A DNA stretch of 64,000 bases from positions 2,336,001 through 2,400,000 of the forward strand of contig OY760937.1 of the NCBI GenBank assembly GCA_963664225.1. The letters are read 5' to 3'. The position numbers and the translations under genes are program-made. Origin of the DNA: Verrucomicrobiia bacterium. GTDB taxonomy: Bacteria > Verrucomicrobiota > Verrucomicrobiia > Limisphaerales > UBA1319. Of the stretch, positions 1 to 17,940 are shown piece after piece (position 1 is the stretch's first letter; each line of letters opens with the position of its first letter). Below the pieces are notes generated by a model. It was not told the DNA's origin. It ran no database searches and saw only the letters and a program-made list of their open reading frames with translations.

Positions 1-467
1 CTGTAGAGCGTGTAAGGCAGCGTCAGCGAGGCGAGGTCGGGCAAAGGCGCGTGGATGATTTTTTCCACGGGCGGATGGCCATAGAGGCATTGCTGGCAAA
101 CTTCAGCAAAGGCCAGATCGGCTTCGCCGGTGATGACGTAGTCGGCCCACCGGACTGCGGGATGCGATTCAGTTTCGTGGCTGACCTCCGGACCGCCGAG
201 GATCAGAATAACGTCCGGGCGGATGCGTTTGAGCAAGGCGACCAACTCGGTGATCACCGGGGTGTTCCAGATATAGACGCCCAGGCCGATGATTTTCGGC
301 GATTCGGCCAGCAACGCCTCGGCCATTTCCATGGGCCGCTGGGCGATGTCGAACTCGAGCATGCGGGCGCGGTCACTCAGGGGCCCGAGGTTGGCCATCA
401 GGTAGCGCAGCCCCAGGGAGGCGTGAATGAATTTCGCGTTGAGCGTGCCTAATAGGATATCGGTCAT
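1..467 (-). CDS. B12-binding domain radical SAM protein, N-terminal part (runs off the window edge)
   Basis: Manual translation from ATG at 467: MTDILLGTLNAKFIHASLGLRYL...IIGLGVYIWN...ILGGPEVS...YVITGEAD, typical of a cobalamin-binding domain. Not in the ORF track because it has no stop in the window. Confidence 0.85.
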   Translation of the reverse strand, partial: MTDILLGTLNAKFIHASLGLRYLMANLGPLSDRARMLEFDIAQRPMEMAEALLAESPKIIGLGVYIWNTPVITELVALLKRIRPDVILILGGPEVSHETESHPAVRWADYVITGEADLAFAEVCQQCLYGHPPVEKIIHAPLPDLASLTLPYTLY

Positions 468-672
468 GGTCGGCGATGCGTTGCATGGAGTTTCAGCATA
501 TTCCCAACGCTACGCAGCCCCCGGCAGGTTCGCCGCGGGCCGGGCGAGTGTCAATAGACGGTTGCAATTCCGGGGGTTGCAAGACTGGGTGGTGGTGGCG
601 ATCTGGTCATTTTAATGGGATTGACGCGGGGGGAGGGCTTGCTAGGATTCCATGCTCTGACATTTTAAATAA

Positions 673-1746
<1,074 letters not shown>

Positions 1747-1783
1747 TTTCATTCGACTTCGGTCGAATGAGGCAATGTCAATT

Positions 1784-1820
1784 GGCGCCGACTGGAAACA
1801 GTCCGGCGCCTTTTTCTTTT
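1784..1820 (+). terminator. Intrinsic terminator after gap
   Basis: GGCGCCGACTGGAAACAGTCCGGCGCC stem-loop followed by TTTTTCTTTT; a second hairpin with a CTTCGG loop lies at 1749-1770. Confidence 0.8.
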
Positions 1821-1948
1821 GCAGAAGATCCATCCTCGGGGCCGTACATGATTTGGCGGGAACACGCTCGACGCATGTTCCCGCCAAAAATTCACACGGG
1901 CCGGAATGGTATCCGGCTATTGACGGCCATTGGCCATTGCCAGGTCGA

Positions 1949-7197
<5,249 letters not shown>

Positions 7198-7357
7198 TCA
7201 ACTGAGGAATCCTACGAAAAGTGCATTCCAAACACAATGACTTTCTCGCCCATCTCCGCGCTGACACCACAACAGGTTGTGGGTGATAATGCAACACACC
7301 AAACTAATGGTGGTCATGCCCTGTTGTCTGATGATATTTTGCGGAAAGCGCGGATTC

Positions 7358-7371
7358 TTGATCTCGATCAA
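7358..7371. promoter_or_regulatory. FNR/Crp-family binding box
   Basis: Exact TTGAT-CTCG-ATCAA, about 50 bp upstream of the Fe-S protein gene. Confidence 0.65.
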
Positions 7372-7422
7372 TGCATTCGCCGGTGCTTTGAGGTATTCTG
7401 GGCAACGAATTAACGAAGAGTC

Positions 7423-8289
7423 ATGAAGCGAAAAATCATCCGAATTGACGAAGAAAAGTGCGATGGCTGCGGGGCTTGCATTCCCAACTGCCCGGAGGGG
7501 GCCTTGAAGGTGATCGATGGCAAGGCGCGGCTGGTCGGTGAGATCATGTGCGATGGGCTGGGCGCGTGCGTGGGCCGCTGCCCGGTCGGCGCCATCACGA
7601 TTGAAGAGCGGGAGGCTGCGGAATATGACGAACGCCAGGTGATGGCGCATATTGCCAGGCAGGGACCGACGGCGGTGCAGGAACATCTGACACACCTCAA
7701 GGCGCATGGGGAACACGGCTTGCTGGCCCAGGCGCTGGCGTTTCTTAGGGAGACTCAACCGGCGATGCCGTCCGCCCAAAAAGCCACGCGGCCATTGGAT
7801 TTCGGCCTTTCGCAGATGGGCGGCTGCCCCGGTTCCCGCTCCATGAGTTTGGCCCCTGTGCCAGCGCTCGCAACCACCGCGCGCAAGGAATCCGGCACGC
7901 CGAGCGGTTCGGCGCTGCGTCACTGGCCGGTGCAGTTGCATCTGATTTCGCCCCGGGCCCCTCATTACCAAGGCTCGGATTTATTGCTGGCGGCGGATTG
8001 TGTGGCATATGCGATGGCCAATTTTCATGAGGAGTACCTGAGCGGGAAGACGCTGGCGATCGCGTGTCCCAAGCTGGACGAGGGACAGGAGGTTTACCGG
8101 GAGAAACTCACCGCGTTGGTGGATGACGCGCAAATCAAGTCCCTGACTGTGATCACGATGCAGGTGCCCTGCTGCTCAGGTCTGGTGCGGCTGGCTCAGA
8201 CGGCTGCGGCAACGGCACAACGAAAGATTCCTGTTAAATCGATTGTAATCAGCCTGCAAGGAGAAGTGTTGACCGAAAAACACTACTGA
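7423..8289 (+). CDS. 4Fe-4S dicluster ferredoxin-domain protein with Cys-rich C-terminal domain
   Basis: CDGCGACIPNCP and CDGLGACVGRCP clusters; GCPGS, WPVQL, ACPKLD and VPCC motifs. Confidence 0.88.
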   Translation: MKRKIIRIDEEKCDGCGACIPNCPEGALKVIDGKARLVGEIMCDGLGACVGRCPVGAITIEEREAAEYDERQVMAHIARQGPTAVQEHLTHLKAHGEHGLLAQALAFLRETQPAMPSAQKATRPLDFGLSQMGGCPGSRSMSLAPVPALATTARKESGTPSGSALRHWPVQLHLISPRAPHYQGSDLLLAADCVAYAMANFHEEYLSGKTLAIACPKLDEGQEVYREKLTALVDDAQIKSLTVITMQVPCCSGLVRLAQTAAATAQRKIPVKSIVISLQGEVLTEKHY

Positions 8290-8341
8290 GTCCCAGAGGG
8301 GGAACGGGGTTTGAATTCACTGATCTCCGCCCTCTGTCTTC

Positions 8342-8752
8342 TTAACGTCTGTGGCGGCGTTTGACCTGCAACTGGGCCAGGGAACGGGCCATGGCGGCAT
8401 TGACGGAGGCGATTTCGTCCGGGGACAGTTTCTCGCGCAAGCGGGCTTCGGCGGCCTGCCGGGCTTCCTCGGCTTTTGCTTCGTCCACATCCTCAGCCTT
8501 GATCGCCATGTCGGTGAGAATGGCGACACGAATGTCGGTGATTTCGGCAAATCCTCCGCCAATCACCAGGCTGAATTCACGCGATCCCTGCCGGACAATG
8601 ACTTCGCCAGGCACCACCTCCGTCATCAAGGGCACGTGCTGGGGATAGATGCCCATCTCACCTTCCACTCCAGGCAGGGTGACCATGTCCACGTTCTCAG
8701 AGAAGGTCGTGGCCTCCGGGGTGATGATTTCCAGCTTCAGGGTGGCGTCCAT
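8342..8752 (-). CDS. atpC: F1 ATP synthase epsilon subunit
   Basis: LEIITPE...LPGVEGEMGIYPQH...GGFAEI; follows atpD. Confidence 0.95.
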   Translation of the reverse strand: MDATLKLEIITPEATTFSENVDMVTLPGVEGEMGIYPQHVPLMTEVVPGEVIVRQGSREFSLVIGGGFAEITDIRVAILTDMAIKAEDVDEAKAEEARQAAEARLREKLSPDEIASVNAAMARSLAQLQVKRRHRR

Positions 8753-8833
8753 AGGGGCTGTGCGCTTTATTGATTCAATGGGGATGACGCAGGCGGCACC
8801 GGGCGACCCGGTGACATGCCGCGCGCGCACCCG

Positions 8834-11157
<2,324 letters not shown>

Positions 11158-11265
11158 GCGGGATTATGGGTTTGAAAAAGCAAGCCCGTCCGGGGCGAAC
11201 CCGAATTTCCGGCCCTCTACCACTTCGGCCAGGCTCGATATGGCAAAACTCATTTTGAAAAAGGG

Positions 11266-11294
11266 ACATTACGCATCCCCACCCGATGAGTCAA
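11266..11294 (-). promoter_or_regulatory. Putative sigma70 promoter for atpGDC
   Basis: TTGACT-17 nt-TAATGT on the minus strand, about 110 bp upstream of atpG. Confidence 0.5.
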
Positions 11295-11581
11295 GACGCA
11301 GGCGGGGCTTTTTTCTCGGTAACGGTGGCCGAAGAGGGGGAAGAGGAGCGGAGTGACTATAGCGTTAACGGGCTTGCGACCGGATTTGGAAAGCAGCGGA
11401 ATGGTGAAGGCCTGCACCGAAACAGGCATGCGCGGCTCATCGATAAACGGGTACATGACAGAATTCTTCGGCAACCGAAAAAGACCTTTAAAAGGGCATT
11501 TGAGTATATACGAAACAAATACAGCTAGAGTTTCGGGAATGGACGGGAGCCGATTGAGGGTCCGGCAAAAGTCAGATATGA

Positions 11582-13440
11582 CGCACTTTACCCCCTTAAA
11601 TTAGCCGCCAATCGGGCTTATCGCCTTTAAACGCAAGGGATTGAGGGGGAATGTAATAGTTCATATGTAGCCATACATATATCGATATTATATTTGACTA
11701 TAAAACGCACGTAACGTATTATGTGGCCATTATGAAGTCCGGCAAGCGTTTCCACCTCGAAATCCAAAGCCACAGGGCCAATCCCATCGGCCTGATCCGC
11801 TCTTCCTACCGCGACTCCGACACCCAAGCTGTCAAACACACCCAGCACGGGCGCATCACCGGCGTGTCCCTGGACCAGCTCAAGCTGATCCAGGCCGCCT
11901 TTCAGGGCAAGGTCGTCCCCAAGGAGGATCCCAACGCCTTCCAATGCACCGATTCCAGGGAATACGGGGCCAGCCATGCCGTTGTGGAAACGGCCCGCCA
12001 ATTGGGTTTGGACACCATTCTTTACTCCCGCAACGAGCCGTGGGTCCGGGATTGCCTGGCCATGATTGCTGGCCGGGTGGTTTATGCGGGCAGCAAACTG
12101 GCCCTGTCCCACCAGACCAAAAACAGCGCTCTGTGGGAGATCTGCGGGGTCACTGGCGAGGTGGATGTTGAAGACCACTGCTACCGGCCGATGGACCGGT
12201 TGCTGGAGCGCCAGGAGGCCATTCAAAAAGCCCTGGCCAAAAAACATCTGCGCAATGGCCATGTCGTGCTCTACGACATCACCAGCAGCTATTTTGAGGG
12301 GGCCTACGAGCAAAGCGACGTCGTGCTTTTCGGCTACAACCGGGACTGCAAGAGCGGACACGAGCAGGTGGTCCTGGGTTTGCTCTGCGACGAGCGGGGC
12401 TGTCCGGTGGGCATCGAACTCTTTGCGGGCAACACGCAGGATGCCCAGACGGTGATCGATAAAATCCAGGAGCTGCGCCGTGAATACGGTTTGAGCGAGG
12501 TGACCTTCGTGGGCGACCGGGGCATGATCACCCAGGCCAACGCGCAGAAGCTTGAAAAGGTCCAGGGCCTGCACACGCTCAGCGCGCTGACCCATCGGCA
12601 GATGTTCGAACTGCTGGAGCGCAAAGTCATCCAACTCGAATTGTTCGACGAAAAGAAGATCGCCGAGGTGACCGACCCGGACAAGCCCGGCCAGCGCTAT
12701 TGTCTCTGCCGCAATCCAGACACTCAGGCCCGGGAAACGGCCACCCGCCAACGGTTGCTCGAGCTCACCCGCCAGGGTATGGACAAGCTCGTCGAGCCCA
12801 AGAAAAAAAGGACCCCTGAGAAACTCGGTTCCCAGGTGGGGCGGCTGCTGGAAAAATACAAAATGGGTAAATTCATCCACTGGGAGGTTAAAGAGGGGCG
12901 GCTGGAATACCATTTGAAGCAGGAAGCCATCGGGCAGGAACAACTGCTGGACGGCTGTTACATTATTACCACCACCGTGACGGAAAGCCAGATGAAGACG
13001 GCCCAAGTGGTGGCCACCTACAAAAGCCTCACCTTTGTCGAGCAGGCCTTCCGCACCCTCAAGACCGTGGCCCTGGAGATTCGGCCGGTGTATCACAAAA
13101 AGGATGATCGCATCCGCAGCCATGTGTTTTTATGCATGCTCGCCTATTACGTTTACTGGCACATGAAGCAACGATTGCAGCCGCTCTTTGAAAAGGATGG
13201 CAAAGGAAAGAAACGTCAATGGACCATGGAAAATGTGATTGAGCATTTGCGCGGCATCCGCAAACAACAAGTCAGCGTGGGCGGCGTGCACTTTGAGCAA
13301 ATCTCTCAGCCCAACGAACAGCAGCAGGAAATCCTGAATCTGCTCGGAATCAAGCTGTAGCCATTTTGTTGAAATTCAAAATGAGCTCCACACCCTTGAT
13401 TCTATTGGAGATTTCTTGTTTTTAAGCGGGGTAAAGTGCG
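11582..13440 (+). mobile_element. IS1634-family insertion sequence, 1859 bp
   Basis: TIRs CGCACTTTACCCC(G)CTTAAA; 6-bp TSD ATATGA at 11576-11581 and 13441-13446. Confidence 0.92.
11723..13360 (+). CDS. IS1634-family DDE transposase
   Basis: LYDITSSYFEG, FGYNRD, VGDRGM and YKSLTFVEQAFRTLK...IRPVYH...RIRSHVFLCMLAY. Confidence 0.92.
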   Translation: MAIMKSGKRFHLEIQSHRANPIGLIRSSYRDSDTQAVKHTQHGRITGVSLDQLKLIQAAFQGKVVPKEDPNAFQCTDSREYGASHAVVETARQLGLDTILYSRNEPWVRDCLAMIAGRVVYAGSKLALSHQTKNSALWEICGVTGEVDVEDHCYRPMDRLLERQEAIQKALAKKHLRNGHVVLYDITSSYFEGAYEQSDVVLFGYNRDCKSGHEQVVLGLLCDERGCPVGIELFAGNTQDAQTVIDKIQELRREYGLSEVTFVGDRGMITQANAQKLEKVQGLHTLSALTHRQMFELLERKVIQLELFDEKKIAEVTDPDKPGQRYCLCRNPDTQARETATRQRLLELTRQGMDKLVEPKKKRTPEKLGSQVGRLLEKYKMGKFIHWEVKEGRLEYHLKQEAIGQEQLLDGCYIITTTVTESQMKTAQVVATYKSLTFVEQAFRTLKTVALEIRPVYHKKDDRIRSHVFLCMLAYYVYWHMKQRLQPLFEKDGKGKKRQWTMENVIEHLRGIRKQQVSVGGVHFEQISQPNEQQQEILNLLGIKL

Positions 13441-13991
13441 ATATGAAAGGACGACCGCCCTCATCCCCACCTCCCCCAGAAGGAGGAGTATTGGGAGGTT
13501 GGAGGGTTTGGGAGCTGCCGCCGCGTGGGGTTGGACGGGCGGCGCGCAGAGGACTGCACGCCCTACCATCCGGATGCAACCGGGACGAGGGGTGGACGGG
13601 CGAAGAAGTGGGGCGCGAAAAAAGCATCACGCGGGGGCGCGGAGAACGCGGAGAATCAGGGTGGATGGGACCCGAAAAGCCACCTCACCCCGTCCCTCAG
13701 AAGGAGGAGTATTGCGAGCCCTGGATTTTTTGATCGCTTTAGGAGCTGCCACCGCGCCGGACTTAATGCCCCACACCGCCGACTGGCGTTCTGGCTGGGT
13801 TCATACGGTTTAGGCTTTTAGCAGATTCCTGAATTTTGTCCTGCACCCTCGATAAACGGCTGAAAACATTGAAATTGGCTAATCGGGATATGGATGTTCC
13901 CGAAACAGAAATCGGGATCATCGCCCTGACTTACACCGGCGAACGGTTTCGTTAACTCGATTGACTTATAGGCATATTAAGGTTTTCCATA

Positions 13992-14690
13992 GTGGCGCGG
14001 AGCAAATTGCAGGCTCAACGAACGAACCGTTGGTTGCAAGATCCAGATTTGCCCCAAAAAAACATGCGCGCCGTGCTTGCAGGTCTGTTCACTTTCGGCG
14101 GACTCCTCGTCTGCGTCTCCCTCGTTTTTCACTACTTCCCAGATGGCTTCGGTCCGCCGTGGGTGATGGGGATATTTTTCGCATTCGTGCTTTTCGTTTT
14201 GGCGGGAGTCTCGCTGTTTCTCTTCAACAGGAAAGGCTACAGGCCCTCATTATCCGGGAAGTCCTTCGAGGAACAAGTGGCAGAACTTGAGAGCCAGGGA
14301 TTGCTGGTCTCTCAAACTTTCCAGGCGACGCGTGCCTTTCAAGTGGAGGAATTTGAGGATGAGGGATTGCACTACTTTATCGAGTTGTCCGATCAAGGCG
14401 TCCTCTATCTGAACGGCCAGTATCTCTACGACTACGAGCAAATCACGGATGACCCGGAACTGAATCAGCCTCGCACATTTCCCTGCTCGCAATTCACGGT
14501 GCGGAGGCACAAGACAACCGGCGATGTCGTTGATATTGCCTGCGCCGGAAATGTGCTGCCGCCTGAGTGCGAGGCTCCTCATTTCGACAAGGCCGACATG
14601 AAGCGCGGATTGATTCCTGAGGATGGTCAGATTTACAGGGATCAATCGTACGAACAGATCAAACGCGAACGTCTCAAAGAAAAAGTATGA
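13992..14690 (+). CDS. Hypothetical membrane-anchored protein (start may be 14064)
   Basis: 232-aa ORF with two hydrophobic N-terminal segments and an acidic soluble domain. Confidence 0.7.
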   Translation: MARSKLQAQRTNRWLQDPDLPQKNMRAVLAGLFTFGGLLVCVSLVFHYFPDGFGPPWVMGIFFAFVLFVLAGVSLFLFNRKGYRPSLSGKSFEEQVAELESQGLLVSQTFQATRAFQVEEFEDEGLHYFIELSDQGVLYLNGQYLYDYEQITDDPELNQPRTFPCSQFTVRRHKTTGDVVDIACAGNVLPPECEAPHFDKADMKRGLIPEDGQIYRDQSYEQIKRERLKEKV

Positions 14691-14895
14691 ACGAGGACCT
14701 GCCCGGTTCCGATGAGATCACCCGAAGCGATAGTTTTAATCGCAACGACACCCAGAGAATGGTTCGCACCATTGGCGCCTGAACGTGGGGGATGGACGTT
14801 CGCCCGGGACATTGCTCCAGGCAAAAGGGCTGTTGGCCGTATGCTCATTTCGATGCGACAAAACTCCGAAAAATCATTCATTATCCCCAATAACA

Positions 14896-15043
14896 TATGC
14901 ATGTCGCGGTAACAGGGGCCTTCGGTTATTCAGGGCGCTACATTGCCCAGCGCCTGCTGGAGGCGGGGCACAGCGTGATGACGCTGACCAATTCCGTGCA
15001 GCGGCGTAATCCTTTTGGGGAGCAGGTGCGGGCGGTTCCCTTT
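14896..15043 (+). pseudogene. Duplicated 5' fragment of the epimerase gene at 16489
   Basis: 148 bp matching 16488-16635 with 3 mismatches, then abrupt divergence. Confidence 0.9.
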
Positions 15044-15241
15044 GTCTCCGAATATTTTGACTCTAAAACAGCGGTCCTGCCAGAATCTGCCGGAGTAAAT
15101 TATGTAATCATTGACTCATATTCCTATTTTGAGTATTCATATTGTTACGCAGCGCAATTTGTAGGTCACAAAAGACGAACCAAAGTTTGAAGGAACAATG
15201 TTTAACCCGCTTGCACACCGGCACTATTCGTCCAAAGGCAT

Positions 15242-16303
15242 ATGAAATATTCAATCCAGCTTACCATCCATCTGTTCCTCATATTCGTCGCCACATTGTT
15301 TCTGATCTGCGCCAGCCAGGCTGATACTTTGTATGTGTCAAGCTTCAGCAACAACACGATCATGAAATTCACGTCAGAAGGAATCGGCTCCGTATTCGCC
15401 AATACCGGCCTGAACCTTCCAGCGGGACTTGCCTTTGATCGGGCGGGCAACCTCTATGTGGCTAACTTTGCAGACTTCCGTGACAGCACGGTGGTGAAGA
15501 TTACACCCGGTGGAGTCAGCTCTGTTTTCGCCACAAACAGTAATTGGTTATATGCCTCAACGGGCCTGGTCATTGATCATGCTGACAACGTTTATGTCGC
15601 AAACGAAGGCAGCACGATTATTAACAAATTTAAACCGAGTGGCGTCGGCACCGTCTTTGCGACCACTCATTTTAGTGCGGAGGGACTTGCCTTTGACAAC
15701 GTTGGAAACCTTTACGTCGCAAACTTTAGTGACAATAGAATTGTCAAATTCACATCGCAGGGTGTCAGTTCCGTCTTCGCTGACAAAAACCTGTCTGGTC
15801 CAATGGGAGTGGCGTTCGACAAGAGTGGCAATCTATATGCGGCGAACTTCCTCGGGAATACGATTGAAAAGTTCTCACCAGCAGGCGCTAATCTCGGAGT
15901 GTTCGCCAGCACAGGTCTGGACCACCCATTCGGCATCGCTTTCGATAGCGCGGGCTATCTTTACGCGGCAAATTTCTACGGAAACACGATCGAGAAGTTC
16001 TCACCAGACGGGGCTGATCTTGGAGTGTTCGCCAGCACAGGTTTAAAAGGCCCATCCTATATCACAATTGTTCCCGAACCTACAGTAGTTCCTGATACAT
16101 CTTTGCACATTGTGGCCTCAGGCAATCAAATCTCCCTTTCCTGGCCTGTCTCAGCCAGTAATTATATTTTGCAGGTAACCACCAATCTTTCCTCTCCACT
16201 ATGGATTGATTTGACTGTTTCGCCTGTCATTCAAGATCTGCAATATGTTCTAACCAATAAGTTAACCAGCGGAAGTCAGTTTTATCGGCTAAGGAGTCCA
16301 TGA
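15242..16303 (+). CDS. Secreted NHL-repeat beta-propeller protein with a C-terminal FYRL-type domain
   Basis: Signal peptide, repeated P-x-G-[LVI]AFD-xxGNLY[VA]AN units, ends SQFYRLRSP; visibly lower GC than its flanks. Confidence 0.88.
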   Translation: MKYSIQLTIHLFLIFVATLFLICASQADTLYVSSFSNNTIMKFTSEGIGSVFANTGLNLPAGLAFDRAGNLYVANFADFRDSTVVKITPGGVSSVFATNSNWLYASTGLVIDHADNVYVANEGSTIINKFKPSGVGTVFATTHFSAEGLAFDNVGNLYVANFSDNRIVKFTSQGVSSVFADKNLSGPMGVAFDKSGNLYAANFLGNTIEKFSPAGANLGVFASTGLDHPFGIAFDSAGYLYAANFYGNTIEKFSPDGADLGVFASTGLKGPSYITIVPEPTVVPDTSLHIVASGNQISLSWPVSASNYILQVTTNLSSPLWIDLTVSPVIQDLQYVLTNKLTSGSQFYRLRSP

Positions 16304-16488
16304 CCGACTCATGTTGCAGGTTCTTTTGGACGGTCGTAATTATGGTTGGAATGGCGAAACGCATCAAACGACGCGGGCCAAACAATGCGCTTGAGCCTAA
16401 AGACAAGCGCGAGCGCAATGAAGAAGCGCCAAGTAATCCATTGGATTTAGTTAACTTGTCATATATCATTGAGTTTCCTCATTAAATT

Positions 16489-17418
16489 ATGCATGTCGCG
16501 GTAACAGGGGCCTTCGGTTATTCAGGGCGCTACATTGCCCAGCGCCTGCTGGAGGCGGGGCACAGCGTGATGACGCTGACCAATTCCGTGCAGCGGCGTA
16601 ATCCCTTTGGGGAAAAGGTGCGGGCGGTTCCCTTTCACTTTGACGATCCCAGGCGACTGACAGAATCGCTGCGGGGCACGGATGTGCTGATCAATACCTA
16701 CTGGGTGCGATTCGATCACAAGCTTTTCACCCACGGCCAGGCGGTGGCCAACACGCGGGTTCTTTTTCAAGCCGCCAGGGATGCCGGCGTGCGCCGGATT
16801 GTGCACGTGAGCATCACCAATCCGGATATCCACTCGGATCTGCCTTATTTCCGGGGCAAGGCCGAGCTGGAATCGGCTTTAACCTCGCTGGGGGTGTCCT
16901 ATTGCATTCTGCGCCCGACGGTATTGTTCGGCAAAGAGGACGTCCTGATCAACAACATCGCCTGGTCCCTGCGGCATCTGCCGGTGTTTGGGGTGTTTGG
17001 CGCGGGGGATTACAAGCTGCAGCCCATTTACGTGGACGACCTCGCCGCGGCCGCCGTGGAGCGCGCGTCCGGCCAACAGAATGAGATCATCAACGCCATC
17101 GGACCGGAGACGTTTACCTATCGCGAACTGGTGGAGGTGGTCCGCCGGACATTGGGCTTGAAGCGGCTCATTCTGGGGGTGGCGCCAGAAGTGGGTTACT
17201 GGTCGTGCCGGTTCGTCGGCCTGGTGGTGCGGGATGTGGTGATCACCCGCGAGGAAATCCGCGGATTGATGGAGGGGCGGCTCTGCGTGGAGGCTCCGCC
17301 GCTTGGCGCGACAAAACTGACCGATTGGATCCGCCGCCACAAGGACACGCTGGGGCGACATTACACGAGCGAACTGGCGCGGCGCATGGACCGGGTGTCA
17401 GGCTATCGGTCGAACTGA
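16489..17418 (+). CDS. NAD-dependent epimerase/dehydratase (atypical SDR, NDUFA9-like)
   Basis: VTGAFGYSG, YFRGK, ILRPTVLFG and LQPIYVDD. Confidence 0.9.
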   Translation: MHVAVTGAFGYSGRYIAQRLLEAGHSVMTLTNSVQRRNPFGEKVRAVPFHFDDPRRLTESLRGTDVLINTYWVRFDHKLFTHGQAVANTRVLFQAARDAGVRRIVHVSITNPDIHSDLPYFRGKAELESALTSLGVSYCILRPTVLFGKEDVLINNIAWSLRHLPVFGVFGAGDYKLQPIYVDDLAAAAVERASGQQNEIINAIGPETFTYRELVEVVRRTLGLKRLILGVAPEVGYWSCRFVGLVVRDVVITREEIRGLMEGRLCVEAPPLGATKLTDWIRRHKDTLGRHYTSELARRMDRVSGYRSN

Positions 17419-17524
17419 ACGGAACAGAAACGGCGCGACTCCAGACTGACCTGGGGCGTCTCCCCGGCAAGATTCCGCGCCATCCTTACGCTTCCGTGCC
17501 CTCTTTTCATGGCATCAGTTAATG

Positions 17525-17598
17525 AACCTTTAATTTCTCACAATACATTTAAAGGATAAGGCCTTATCCTTTAAATGTGAATCTTGAAATTAAAGGTT
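17525..17598. repeat. Nested AT-rich inverted repeat with a perfect 34-bp palindromic core
   Basis: ACATTTAAAGGATAAGG|CCTTATCCTTTAAATGT (17545-17578) inside a 13-bp IR AACCTTTAATTTC / GAAATTAAAGGTT. Confidence 0.9.
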
Positions 17599-17608
17599 GA
17601 TGCAGGTT

Positions 17609-17812
17609 GGGTGCATGACAGAATTCTTCGGCAAGATAACATGGTCTATAAATGAAACCCCTCTCTCCAACTCTCTCCCCACTCGTGCCTCGCGGGGCGA
17701 GAGAGAAGATCGCGCGTTCAGTTCTTTGAGCCGGCTGTGTTCATTCGGCCTATATACTCCCGTGTCGGTTAAAAGCCTTTTTCACCGGGCTGAAGAATTT
17801 TGTCCTGCACTC
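17609..17812. mobile_element. MITE copy B, 204 bp, uninterrupted
   Basis: Ends GGGTGCATGACAGAATTCTTC and GAAGAATTTTGTCCTGCACTC; flanks ATGCAGGTT and AAGCAGGTT (8/9 match); internal GC hairpin. Confidence 0.85.
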
Positions 17813-17940
17813 AAGCAGGTTGCATGCAGCCCGCCATCAGCCCTAACGGCGCGGTTCCATGCCAGGCTGTAAAAAAACTGTAATCCGCAGATGACAGCGA
17901 TTCCCGCAGATTATGGACAAAGTTCTTCTCCCGCCCCCGT

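Larger units (their letters stand above)
11449..13848. mobile_element. MITE copy A (about 535 bp when empty), interrupted by the IS1634-family element
   Basis: Ends GGGTACATGACAGAATTC and GAATTTTGTCCTGCACCC; exact 9-bp flanking duplication TCGATAAAC at 11440-11448 and 13849-13857. Confidence 0.85.

Noticed and set aside
11161..11440. Possible tRNA or structured RNA upstream of atpG
   Set aside because: No cloverleaf, T-loop or riboswitch consensus found.
16375..16420. attC-like start (GCCAAACAATGCGCTTGAGCC)
   Set aside because: No complementary right half with GTTRRRY and no integron integrase in the window.
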